DNA of 33,578 nt from a virus (lineage: Duplodnaviria > Caudoviricetes). Made by a program: the position numbers and the translations under genes. Shown here one piece after another: positions 1 to 7,638 of the stretch; within the stretch, counting starts at the first letter, position 1; each line of letters begins with the position of its first letter. Below the pieces are notes generated by a model. It made no database searches, was not told where the DNA came from, and worked only from the letters and a program-made list of their open reading frames with translations. The stretch is taken from positions 1 to 33,578 of the IMG/VR virus record IMGVR_UViG_3300020045_013871; one strand, 5' to 3'.

Positions 1-83
1 GCATACTAACCCGCTGGAAAACTGATGGTAGACAGCCGGTGGTCAAAAAGACTAACGGAAGGGTGGTTCACAAAATCGTATGA
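1..83 (+). CDS. C-terminal fragment of a DnaD-domain replication initiator (5' partial)
   Basis: Frame from 3 reads (G)ILTRWKTDGRQPVVKKTNGRVVHKIV*, matching the DnaD-type YxxGILxxW motif; its TGA (81-83) overlaps the helicase ATG (ATGA). Confidence 0.6.
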   Translation, partial: ILTRWKTDGRQPVVKKTNGRVVHKIV

Positions 84-430
84 ATGACAACCTCTTTCTT
101 CACCCACCGGCTGAGAGTACCACCCGCTACGTTCAATGGTATGAAAAGCTGCTTAACACCCCTGGCATTGATTATGGTTGTGTAATGGATAAGCGGGTTA
201 TCCCCTTGCATCGGGGTGACGTTATGGCAGTCCTGGCCCGGCCCGGTCACGGCAAATCCTCTTTTATGGCGTACATGGCAAAAAGGGAAGCCAACAAGAT
301 CATTGATCGAAAAACCGAAAAGGATGAATGTGTAATCTATGTTTCCTGGGAACAACCAATTGAGGAACTGGAAGCATTTTTTCAAAGCGGTGCGAATTAC
401 AATTCAACTGATTTGGCCTGGGGCCGGGTA
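80..430 (+). pseudogene. DnaB-like replicative helicase, N-terminal part only (truncated at junction; ORF runs on to 511)
   Basis: Walker A ARPGHGKS and H1a-like VIYVSWEQ; helicase-like sequence stops at DLAWGRV, after which the ORF reads the antisense strand of the 397-654 gene. Confidence 0.75.
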
Positions 431-654
431 AGATACCCATTCTCTTGTAATTCATCCAAAATGCGTTCTATTTTATCGCTTCCTGCCGAACCCTTGTTGA
501 TTAAGTCCTGATTACGGCATTCCCATTCATCCGGCTTAGTGAGAAGATAATATAAAACCCCCCTTGCTTCCCAGGATAAATTTGCATCATTAGCTGGTAC
601 GTTGCTAATGTGGGTATAATTCGTGTTCTTTCTAATCCTGATTATGCCGCTCAT
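397..654 (-). pseudogene. Phage replication initiator, N-terminal wHTH only (truncated at ~424)
   Basis: NYTHISN...LSWEARGVLYYLLTKPDEW...ILDELQENGYLTR is typical of phage replisome-organiser N-termini; the ORF ends abruptly 8 codons later. Confidence 0.75.
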
Positions 655-658
655 TATC

Positions 659-1171
659 TTACCCTTTACTTTTGTAACTTAATGAATCCTGATACTTTAT
701 CACTTCAACAATATCATTATTAAATTTTTCTCTGAGCATCTTCCATTCTTCTTCCATAATGGAATCTGAGAAAAATTTAATAACTGGTTCTTTATCAGAT
801 ATTTCCGGGTCTGGTTCTAAATAATTTACGGATTCCATCAATATCGAAATGAATCCCGAACTATAATTTATTGATGTATCCTTCATATCAACTAAACCAA
901 ACTTTTCGATTGTTTCAATAATACGAAGCAAATCGTTTTTTATTGTAGATAATATATGTTTTCTAAATTGATGAGGAGTTCTAGCTTTTTTCTTTAAGTT
1001 ACATTTCCGGCAAGCCATAAATAAGTTATAAATATGGTCACTGCCTCCTTGGGCTTTTGGCACTACGTGTTCAATATGCCAACTCTCGTCAAAATCAATA
1101 TGTAATCCACAATAGGCACAATGCCCCTGTGTTTTAGTGTAAACTTTGTATCTACTTATTTCAGTTGCCAT
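659..1171 (-). CDS. HNH endonuclease with C-terminal extension
   Basis: CAYCG...IEHVVPKAQGGSDHIYNLFMACRKCNLKK; markedly AT-rich. Confidence 0.92.
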   Translation of the reverse strand: MATEISRYKVYTKTQGHCAYCGLHIDFDESWHIEHVVPKAQGGSDHIYNLFMACRKCNLKKKARTPHQFRKHILSTIKNDLLRIIETIEKFGLVDMKDTSINYSSGFISILMESVNYLEPDPEISDKEPVIKFFSDSIMEEEWKMLREKFNNDIVEVIKYQDSLSYKSKG

Positions 1172-1201
1172 AATAAAAATCCTGCTTTCGTGGGGTTATT
1201 G
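1172..1201. repeat. 30-bp direct repeat, copy 1 (directly upstream of HNH start codon)
   Basis: aataaaaatcctgctttcgtggggttattg; 29/30 identical to 2794-2823. Confidence 0.9.
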
Positions 1202-1335
1202 GTTTTGGCCTCACTAGCCTCGAACAGTAGATAAAGAAGGCTAACGAACCAACACCCCCACCAAAGCAGGATGCTTTCTACTGTTCAAGATTCGCCCCGG
1301 CCAAAGGGCTAGTATGCTTTTTGCATACGATTTAG
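1172..1335 (-). ncRNA. Putative structured 5' leader / antisense-type regulatory RNA of the HNH gene
   Basis: Inverted repeats 1179-1204/1247-1272 (23/26), 1222-1231/1277-1286 (10/10), 1213-1219/1307-1313 and 1204-1210/1299-1305. Confidence 0.55.
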
Positions 1336-1343
1336 TTAGCTCC

Positions 1344-1372
1344 ATTATAACACCGTTTCCCCAGAATTGCAA
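1344..1372 (-). promoter_or_regulatory. Sigma70-type promoter for the HNH cassette
   Basis: TTGCAA-17 bp-TATAAT on the minus strand. Confidence 0.75.
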
Positions 1373-1376
1373 GCCT

Positions 1377-2297
1377 TCATATCCTTTTTCCTTGTCCAAT
1401 AAACCGTAACAAATGTTCCGGCGTTCCGTTATACCTAACAAAAAAATCATCCGGCTTGGTCGGTATTTGGCATACTCGCCCTTGAATATTGTACCCGCGC
1501 AATGATGTAGCTATCCGCTGCGCCTGGTCAAGCGCCCCAGGGTCAAGGCAAATATAAACGTTCTTGCCGGTGAAATGTTTGGCCCAATCTTCAACCCAAC
1601 TGTTAGCGCCCGGAATCCCCACGGTTGTAAAGCCTATTTGTTCAAGCACCATTGTTTTGATCTCTCCCTCGACAATCAGAACCTCGTTTGAGCGAAGATA
1701 CCCAAACTCTATTTCATCGGAAGTCTTGAGGGTGTCCAGGTTGAACAATTGATTTTTAAGGCCAGCAAACTCCGGGCGGTATTTACCGTGGCCGTTGGGA
1801 AATTTTAGCCGGTGTCTCAAATTGATTAGTTTGGAATTACAAAAGTAGGGAATTGTAAAGCTGGGACTGCTTGGGTCGGTCGGGCACTGCGGGCAATAAC
1901 CGAGGTGACAACGGTCAACGGTTGCCTTAGTTAGTCCCTGAGTAGAAAAATAGTCAAGCGCTTTGTCAACCTGGCTATGATACCAATCTACCCGATTAGC
2001 CATTAACTGTAAGCGGTCAATAGCTGATAGCTGTTCCTCGTATTCTTTGCGCCGGCGTTCCTCTTTGGCCCGGTTCCAGGCTTCACGCTGTTCCGGCGTG
2101 ATAAAGGATTTATTGACTTCCAGAACAAAGCCTTTGAACCCGCAGCGCCGACAAAAGAAGTTACCTTTGTCCGGCCAAAAAAGAAATCTATCTTCACCCG
2201 CATTGCACTGCGGGCATGCCGCAGACCATTCTTTAGCCGTCTTTTTGCGGTAGTTGGGCAGAGATTCAATATCCAGTCGAGATAGTTGGTTTGTCAT
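1377..2297 (-). CDS. DNA primase (Zn finger + TOPRIM)
   Basis: CPQC...DRF...FFCRRCG zinc finger; VLIVEGEIK, GIPGA, ICLDPG and KPDD TOPRIM motifs. Confidence 0.9.
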   Translation of the reverse strand: MTNQLSRLDIESLPNYRKKTAKEWSAACPQCNAGEDRFLFWPDKGNFFCRRCGFKGFVLEVNKSFITPEQREAWNRAKEERRRKEYEEQLSAIDRLQLMANRVDWYHSQVDKALDYFSTQGLTKATVDRCHLGYCPQCPTDPSSPSFTIPYFCNSKLINLRHRLKFPNGHGKYRPEFAGLKNQLFNLDTLKTSDEIEFGYLRSNEVLIVEGEIKTMVLEQIGFTTVGIPGANSWVEDWAKHFTGKNVYICLDPGALDQAQRIATSLRGYNIQGRVCQIPTKPDDFFVRYNGTPEHLLRFIGQGKRI

Positions 2298-2306
2298 CGG
2301 TGACTC

Positions 2307-2792
2307 CTAGAATTTGGCTGATAGGGCTACATTGATACCTAAATTTATATCGTCAAAGTTGTCGTCGAACACTTCACCCTCGGCGGGTGCTCCGTAGAAG
2401 CGATTCTCTTTAGTGTAATATTCGTGGTAATTAGAGAGGATAAAATCATACTCACATAATCCGGGGGTACTGCACCAACAATCGAGTACCAGGGCTGAGT
2501 ATGGTTGTCTTGCCGGTGGGCCAACTAACATCAAACCAGGCTTTTGGGTAAACGTTACCAGGGCCTTTAATTTCGTTAGTTCGGTATCCGTAAACTCAAA
2601 CGGCTTAACTTCAGCCCACATTTTGACGCGCGGCAAGTAAAAATCTGGTAGATACCAGCCAGCGTTATCCAAATCAAAGCCTTCAAATTCATAGTAAAAT
2701 TCAAAACCCATTTGAGTAAAATAAACGGCCCAGCGTGCTTCTAATCGGCTTCGATAGGTGATATGGTTGTAAGTGGTTGGAATTGCTTTCAT
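2307..2792 (-). CDS. PD-(D/E)XK-family nuclease-like phage protein
   Basis: YRSRLEARWAVYF...YEFEGF...YLPDFYLP...WAEVKP. Confidence 0.75.
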   Translation of the reverse strand: MKAIPTTYNHITYRSRLEARWAVYFTQMGFEFYYEFEGFDLDNAGWYLPDFYLPRVKMWAEVKPFEFTDTELTKLKALVTFTQKPGLMLVGPPARQPYSALVLDCWCSTPGLCEYDFILSNYHEYYTKENRFYGAPAEGEVFDDNFDDINLGINVALSAKF

Positions 2793-3184
2793 AAATAAAA
2801 ATCCTGTTTTCGTGGGGTTATTGCGGGGTTATCCACCGCTTCCGGCTCAAAACCTTCGGTGCAGAGTTCCAGGTCAGACTTAACGAATATTGTATTCCTG
2901 ACCAAATACACCGGCCATTGGGTATTCAATTTGTCGCTTTGCTCAATGGCGATTTTTCCACAATCGCCAGCCGCCTTTATTCTGCGGTCTAACGACTCAG
3001 CCAGGTCTGCTCCTGCAACTAACATTTGGGCCATAGTCCTGGCGTCATCCGTACTTGGATTAGATAGCGCTGCCCACCGGATGCACGCTGGGGCTGTGCC
3101 GTATTTGGTAACGGTTACACTGCCGCCAGCTAATCTGATAATCACCGCGTCACTTCTTTTTTCAATCCTTACCCAGGTTTGCAT
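2789..3184 (-). CDS. Hypothetical protein
   Basis: ORF 2789-3229; likely start ATG 3184 after AAAGGAG; stop overlaps the next start. Confidence 0.65.
   Translation of the reverse strand: MQTWVRIEKRSDAVIIRLAGGSVTVTKYGTAPACIRWAALSNPSTDDARTMAQMLVAGADLAESLDRRIKAAGDCGKIAIEQSDKLNTQWPVYLVRNTIFVKSDLELCTEGFEPEAVDNPAITPRKQDFYL
2794..2823. repeat. 30-bp direct repeat, copy 2 (directly upstream of the 2307-2792 nuclease start codon)
   Basis: aataaaaatcctgttttcgtggggttattg. Confidence 0.9.
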
Positions 3185-3225
3185 AGTTGCTCCTTTGCGT
3201 GGAAATAAAATAACGTCTAGTAAAT

Positions 3226-3771
3226 TCATCGGTTTCGTATTGCCTTTTTAAGAACTTTCTCTAATCCGTTTAACGATTTTTCTTTTTGTATCAATAATTG
3301 ATCTAACCTAATTTTGTGTATCTTTTTTTTGCCCTTAGATAAATTGAATATTCTTTTTTCAATTGTGGCTAGCGCCTCTAATCTTATTTTGATTCTATCA
3401 TTTACAGATTTTTTATTTAGACTAGAGAAATATTCTCCAAGCTTTTGAATAACCATATCTGCATCTAATTGATTATCAATCTCAAATAACTTAATATTTA
3501 ATTTAGCACATTGAGAGCGTTTGAATTTATCCCTGTCTAGTGCCGTTAGATAACCATTGTAGTTATTGTGAAAATAGGGAACATAATTGTAATGTTGTAG
3601 TCCTTGTATCTCAATAGCTACTTGTATATCCGGCAGATAAAAGTCTAATTCCAATCGCTCACCATTATCAGTTATAAGCCAGTCCGGTCGTATATTTTCA
3701 TCTATGTTAAATTGGCTAAAATGGACTGATAATCGTTTACCAAAATATCTTTGTAATCTGGAAGTTGACAT
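3226..3771 (-). CDS. PD-(D/E)XK / Vsr-DUF559-like endonuclease
   Basis: RPDWL...RLELDFYLPDIQVAIEIQGLQHY...DKFKRSQC; strongly AT-rich. Confidence 0.8.
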   Translation of the reverse strand: MSTSRLQRYFGKRLSVHFSQFNIDENIRPDWLITDNGERLELDFYLPDIQVAIEIQGLQHYNYVPYFHNNYNGYLTALDRDKFKRSQCAKLNIKLFEIDNQLDADMVIQKLGEYFSSLNKKSVNDRIKIRLEALATIEKRIFNLSKGKKKIHKIRLDQLLIQKEKSLNGLEKVLKKAIRNR

Positions 3772-4010
3772 TAAGAAAACCTTTTAGGAAACAAAAAGAG
3801 CACTTTCTTAGCAAGTCGGCCCCGGATGCAAAAGAGATTTGTTTCCGAAGGCTCGCCTGGCAGTCGGCCTTCAGTGAAGGCCGACTTGCTAAGAAAGTGC
3901 TCTTAATTGATAAATTAAATGGTAAGGTTTTCATACCCTCTTGCATCCGTTTACCGCTTAGTCTCCCCGGCGCTGCCAACGCCTCAACTAGCGATTACTT
4001 AATATGTTGT
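3772..4010 (-). ncRNA. Putative structured 5' leader of the 3226-3771 nuclease gene
   Basis: Perfect 26-bp inverted repeat 3796-3821/3879-3904, plus 3823-3831/3941-3949, 3776-3783/3924-3931, 3787-3795/3838-3846 and hairpin 3863-3885. Confidence 0.55.
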
Positions 4011-4016
4011 ATTAAG

Positions 4017-4046
4017 ATTATATCATAGGTAGTCATTTGTTGTCAA
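4017..4046 (-). promoter_or_regulatory. Sigma70-type promoter
   Basis: TTGACA-18 bp-TATAAT on the minus strand. Confidence 0.75.
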
Positions 4047-4094
4047 TATCCAATCCACACCCACTATACCACATCCGCCGCCCGGCGTCAAGCG

Positions 4095-4135
4095 TTCGGC
4101 TGAGCTCACGCCGAAGCCCTGAGCTTGTCGAAGGG
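4095..4135. repeat. Tandem REP-like palindromic elements
   Basis: ttcggc-tgagctca-c-gccgaa followed by gccctgagcttgtcgaaggg, resembling the CCCTTCGACAAGCTCAGGG class of bacterial extragenic palindromes (recalled, not searched). Confidence 0.55.
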
Positions 4136-4152
4136 TCAACCCTTCCAGGCAA

Positions 4153-4497
4153 TCATAGTGTTTTCCGACGCGGCTTTTTAGGTATGGGCAGCTCCCAATC
4201 GTCGATTATCTTTTGCCAATTGAGTTCCGCCGGTTTTGCGTCAGCAAACCCGGCTTGCATAACATCGCCAAATTGTTTTTGTACACGCGCGTCCGCCAAC
4301 ATCCCAATGCCGCTCATTTCGATTCCCGCCATTAAAATGCGGTTGCTTTTGATAAAAACTGCGGCTGCACAATTGCCGCATAGTCCAGATTGCAAAGCCT
4401 CCGCCTTTGTAGCGAAGGCCATCAGCCGCGCCTTTGGGTTAGGGGGCGGCCCAACTTTACAGGGTTTACCGCATCTGGTACATTCAACTATTTCCAT
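4153..4497 (-). CDS. Hypothetical protein with CxxC pairs (putative Zn-binding)
   Basis: CTRC and CGNC; AAGGAG RBS. Confidence 0.75.
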   Translation of the reverse strand: MEIVECTRCGKPCKVGPPPNPKARLMAFATKAEALQSGLCGNCAAAVFIKSNRILMAGIEMSGIGMLADARVQKQFGDVMQAGFADAKPAELNWQKIIDDWELPIPKKPRRKTL

Positions 4498-4513
4498 ATC
4501 CGTCTCCTTTTAA

Positions 4514-4591
4514 TTACTTAATCAGCTTGTCCGTCATAAACCAGGCTAGTACCACCGCCAGCGCTACCAGGGCGAAAAATAGCCACCACAT
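4514..4591 (-). CDS. 25-aa hydrophobic peptide
   Basis: MWWLFFALVALAVVLAWFMTDKLIK*; ATG overlaps the upstream TGA and the ORF fills the gap in the operon. Confidence 0.55.
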   Translation of the reverse strand: MWWLFFALVALAVVLAWFMTDKLIK

Positions 4592-4938
4592 CAGCTAGAT
4601 TTCTTTTCATTCAGTAACTCGATTATTACATCAGCGTGGCACGACTCGTCCAACCTGCACCAGCAGGCTAAATAGTCTTTATCTCTCAATGGCGTGAGAT
4701 CAAGGTTCTTAATTGCCCAAACTCGGAAAAAAGCGATAGCTAATTCACGGGTAATTTTAGCGCCAGCGGCAAGAGAGAAAATACTATGACCAGCTTGCTT
4801 CACAATCCAATATGGCACATCGTCAACATCAGCGCCGATTTTGAACGGATTACCCCACCGCCCCGGCCGGGCAACGGAAATGGCATTTTCTGGTAAGCGC
4901 CAACCTCTGGTACGTTTTAGTTGTATTCGTTTTGTCAT
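4591..4938 (-). CDS. DUF4326-domain protein
   Basis: RIQLKRTRGWRLP...RPGRWGNPF...LACWC...CHADV. Confidence 0.85.
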   Translation of the reverse strand: MTKRIQLKRTRGWRLPENAISVARPGRWGNPFKIGADVDDVPYWIVKQAGHSIFSLAAGAKITRELAIAFFRVWAIKNLDLTPLRDKDYLACWCRLDESCHADVIIELLNEKKSS

Positions 4939-5138
4939 CAGCGGGTCTCCTGCGCCTTTTGCGCCAGTTCGTCACGGCGCTGGGCTTCGGTGATTATCGC
5001 CTCATGCCACCTGGCCCGGCGGCGGTATTCAGGATTACCCCTGAAATTGCCGTCGCCCACCAAGGCCGCTAATTTTATACTGTTATCCTCAAACTCTAAA
5101 AGCAATTCCAGAAATGTCATTTCCTCAATCGGTTTCAT
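4938..5138 (-). CDS. Hypothetical protein
   Basis: Translationally coupled (TGATG overlaps) in the leftward operon. Confidence 0.7.
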   Translation of the reverse strand: MKPIEEMTFLELLLEFEDNSIKLAALVGDGNFRGNPEYRRRARWHEAIITEAQRRDELAQKAQETR

Positions 5139-5548
5139 CAGTACCCCACCTCCTCGGCTGCCCTGGTCTCCGCGTACCAGCGCAATTGTTCAATCGCTTT
5201 TTCCAGTAGTGATTTGCCTTGATACGGAAATCCTATGGCATCCTGCCATTCGTTTAGCGCGGCAATCAGCGCCGCCGTGTTATGCGGGGCAACGGGCTGC
5301 GGCTTAACGGTGGCCCGCTCCGGCCATAGTCGCGGTATTGGTTTTTCTACTAATCTCGGCTCACGTGGATGCCAGATTGGGATTGCACCGGGCAAATGAT
5401 GGATTGGGTCGGTCTCCTCGTGTGCGCTATGGTCGCGGCGCAGGAGTTCGTTTACTACCATTGCCACCAGGTCAGAATCGCCGGCGTCAAACGCCTGGTT
5501 TGCCAGCTTTTGCAGATTGTCCGGGGTCATTGTTTTGAGTAAGTCCAT
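5138..5548 (-). CDS. Hypothetical protein
   Basis: Coupled ORF with AAGGAG RBS. Confidence 0.7.
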   Translation of the reverse strand: MDLLKTMTPDNLQKLANQAFDAGDSDLVAMVVNELLRRDHSAHEETDPIHHLPGAIPIWHPREPRLVEKPIPRLWPERATVKPQPVAPHNTAALIAALNEWQDAIGFPYQGKSLLEKAIEQLRWYAETRAAEEVGY

Positions 5549-5952
5549 TAGATTGTCTCCTTTTTTAAATTAAAACGAAAAGCCTTATTATAAATTGAGC
5601 CTATCGAGCGTCCCGGCAATAGCAGTGATAATTCCTGGGCTGAAGAAGAGGGATAATTATCAATTAAAATTCTTTTTTCATCGTCTGTCCAGGCATTTAC
5701 TTTTACAAACGGTTGTAATTTTGATTTTGATTGAGTATCCCATTCTGCCCAGGCTTCTAAATTATTTAGTTCGCGTTTCCATAATGCCGCCGTTGCTGTT
5801 GACAGTGAAACTCTCCATTTCTGGCAATAATCAACCACCAATTGATAATCTGTCAACGGCAACCGGAATGCCGCCACAATGGTTATCGGTTTACCTGATA
5901 CTGTGTTCAAGTTTTGTCTCCTTATTTTCTCTCTACTGTCACTAATTGCCAC
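5548..5952 (-). CDS. Putative DNA-binding protein with C-terminal Myb/SANT-like HTH
   Basis: WTDDEKRILIDNY...QELSLLLPGRSIGSIYNKA. Confidence 0.65.
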   Translation of the reverse strand: MAISDSREKIRRQNLNTVSGKPITIVAAFRLPLTDYQLVVDYCQKWRVSLSTATAALWKRELNNLEAWAEWDTQSKSKLQPFVKVNAWTDDEKRILIDNYPSSSAQELSLLLPGRSIGSIYNKAFRFNLKKETI

Positions 5953-6269
5953 GCTCCCCCGTTCACCCGTACCACCGTGTACCCCGCTACCACGCCCCGG
6001 CCCGCTTCGGTCAATACCAGCGCCCGCGCCTGGCCCGGTGCGCTATTGACGACCAGGCCGGCAAGTTGTAACCAGTCCAGCCGGTCGGCTACATAGCTGC
6101 TGGAACGGCCCAGCGCCGCCATCATCTCCCGGCGGCTGGCGTGGACGTCAACCAGGCAAAGCAGGAATAACTCCGGCTGGGTTAAATTTAACCACCTGGC
6201 ATCGGCATCGGCTATGTAGGCGGCAAACCACGCTTGATTTTCGAGCCATTCGGCGGTTAGGTCTACCAT
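5922..6269 (-). CDS. LexA-like winged-helix DNA-binding protein (no peptidase domain)
   Basis: LTQPE...SRREMMAALGRSSSYVADRLDWLQLAGLV...PGQARALVL matches the LexA N-terminal domain pattern. Confidence 0.65.
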   Translation of the reverse strand: MVDLTAEWLENQAWFAAYIADADARWLNLTQPELFLLCLVDVHASRREMMAALGRSSSYVADRLDWLQLAGLVVNSAPGQARALVLTEAGRGVVAGYTVVRVNGGAWQLVTVERK

Positions 6270-6281
6270 AACGAATCCTCC

Positions 6282-7088
6282 CTAACTATGATACTGCGCG
6301 ATATAACGCGGATTGTAATACCCAGCAGGTAGATACTCTTGCAAATCTTTTTTGATATAATGTTTGACGCCCAACCGGTTGACCAGTTCTACGATTCGCA
6401 ACGTGTAGTCCTGCCAATCGGTTGTATAGGTCATCGGTAAATAGTTGGCCCGGCCAACTTTGTACAGGTCAACAAATTTATGAGTCTCCCGGATAATCTG
6501 CAAACTACTGTCAGTATCAAGTGTGGGTTCCAGGCTGACCCACGTAAAAATACCGGCGTTGTGGAATTTTTCAAGGGTGGCAATCCGGTCGCCCGGCAAT
6601 GCCGCGCCGCGCTCCCACTTGAGGCTGAAGGCGTCATCCAGGCTGGTCAGGGTCGAAGCAAACGAATCACGGCCAGGCCGGAACATATCCAGATCACGCA
6701 ATGCCCGACTGCCACCTTTGGTCAAGGTACTAAAAGCCAAGCCGTGAATTTTGAGCACTTGCAGCACTTGGCGGGTGAGGCTGTTGTCACCGGGGTGAAA
6801 CGGGTCGGTAGTGAAAGACAACATTACCTGTTCAGTAGACCCCAACGCTTGATACTTCCTGGCGTCTTTAGTGAGCAATTCCAGATAGTTAGGCCGGGGA
6901 AATGCGCCAGCGTCAAACTCCGGGCGGGTGATTTTAAGAACGCGGGGCACATAGCAGTAGACGCATTTGTGCCCGCAGCCCCGGTAAGGGTTAGCCGCCA
7001 GCGGCGCATACTCGCCAGCTTGCCCGGCTGGGGCATAAATATAGCTGCATCCTTTGACACTGCGGCCATCAGAATTAAATATTACCAT
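6282..7088 (-). CDS. Radical SAM protein (spore photoproduct lyase-like)
   Basis: NPYRGCGHKCVYCY (CxxxCxxC), FTTDPF, LTKG and WVSLEP motifs. Confidence 0.85.
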   Translation of the reverse strand: MVIFNSDGRSVKGCSYIYAPAGQAGEYAPLAANPYRGCGHKCVYCYVPRVLKITRPEFDAGAFPRPNYLELLTKDARKYQALGSTEQVMLSFTTDPFHPGDNSLTRQVLQVLKIHGLAFSTLTKGGSRALRDLDMFRPGRDSFASTLTSLDDAFSLKWERGAALPGDRIATLEKFHNAGIFTWVSLEPTLDTDSSLQIIRETHKFVDLYKVGRANYLPMTYTTDWQDYTLRIVELVNRLGVKHYIKKDLQEYLPAGYYNPRYIAQYHS

Positions 7089-7321
7089 AACGAATCCTCT
7101 CTAACTATGCGCCCCTCTCGATACAGATGAGGCTCTTGCATTGCCTCATACTCAATCCAGTTCATAGCCGGGACGCTGTTAATACGTGGCGGCGGTTGCG
7201 CTTGTTGTGCCTTGCGGAGTTTGTGACACTCATGACAAATCGTTTTCCCAATGTGGCATAGCTCACCGCACTGCCGGCACTTGAGCCGCTGGCGGTTCGG
7301 GTTGGTGTTTTTGCGGCCCAT
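7082..7321 (-). CDS. Small Zn-finger protein
   Basis: CRQC...CHEC; coupled to neighbours. Confidence 0.65.
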   Translation of the reverse strand: MGRKNTNPNRQRLKCRQCGELCHIGKTICHECHKLRKAQQAQPPPRINSVPAMNWIEYEAMQEPHLYREGRIVREDSLW

Positions 7322-7638
7322 CAGATTACCAGCCCCATTCGCACCCCGGCCCGCCGTAACGCTTCCAGCACATCCACCGGCACTTTACCGCTCCGTTCAA
7401 GCCGGAATTCCATATCCTTGTACCGCTGTCGCAGCTCAAACGTCACCGGCGTCCGGCGTCTGATCTCGCCCAGATAGGTTTCCGTACCGTCAGCCGCGAC
7501 CCGGTTGCGCCACTGGTGGCCGCAGGCTTTGCATAGCCGATGGTTTACCGCGCCGTGGGCGGCGTAGTGTTTGGACTGCTTGATGATCGTAGCCGCGCCG
7601 CACTGTCGGCACGGGCAAGGCATTTTAGAGGGTCTCAT
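7321..7638 (-). CDS. Zn-ribbon protein
   Basis: CRQCG...HRLCKACGHQW; likely start ATG 7638 after GGAG. Confidence 0.65.
   Translation of the reverse strand: MRPSKMPCPCRQCGAATIIKQSKHYAAHGAVNHRLCKACGHQWRNRVAADGTETYLGEIRRRTPVTFELRQRYKDMEFRLERSGKVPVDVLEALRRAGVRMGLVI

Noticed and set aside
659-1335. IscB/HEARO-type RNA-guided nuclease
   Set aside because: The protein is 170 aa with no PLMP or split RuvC motifs; only the generic nuclease + structured RNA layout is shared.
3737-4028. ORFs 3737-3979 (-) and 3765-4028 (+), and similarly 1241-1450 (-)
   Set aside because: They span promoters and inverted-repeat leaders and lack RBS or recognisable motifs.
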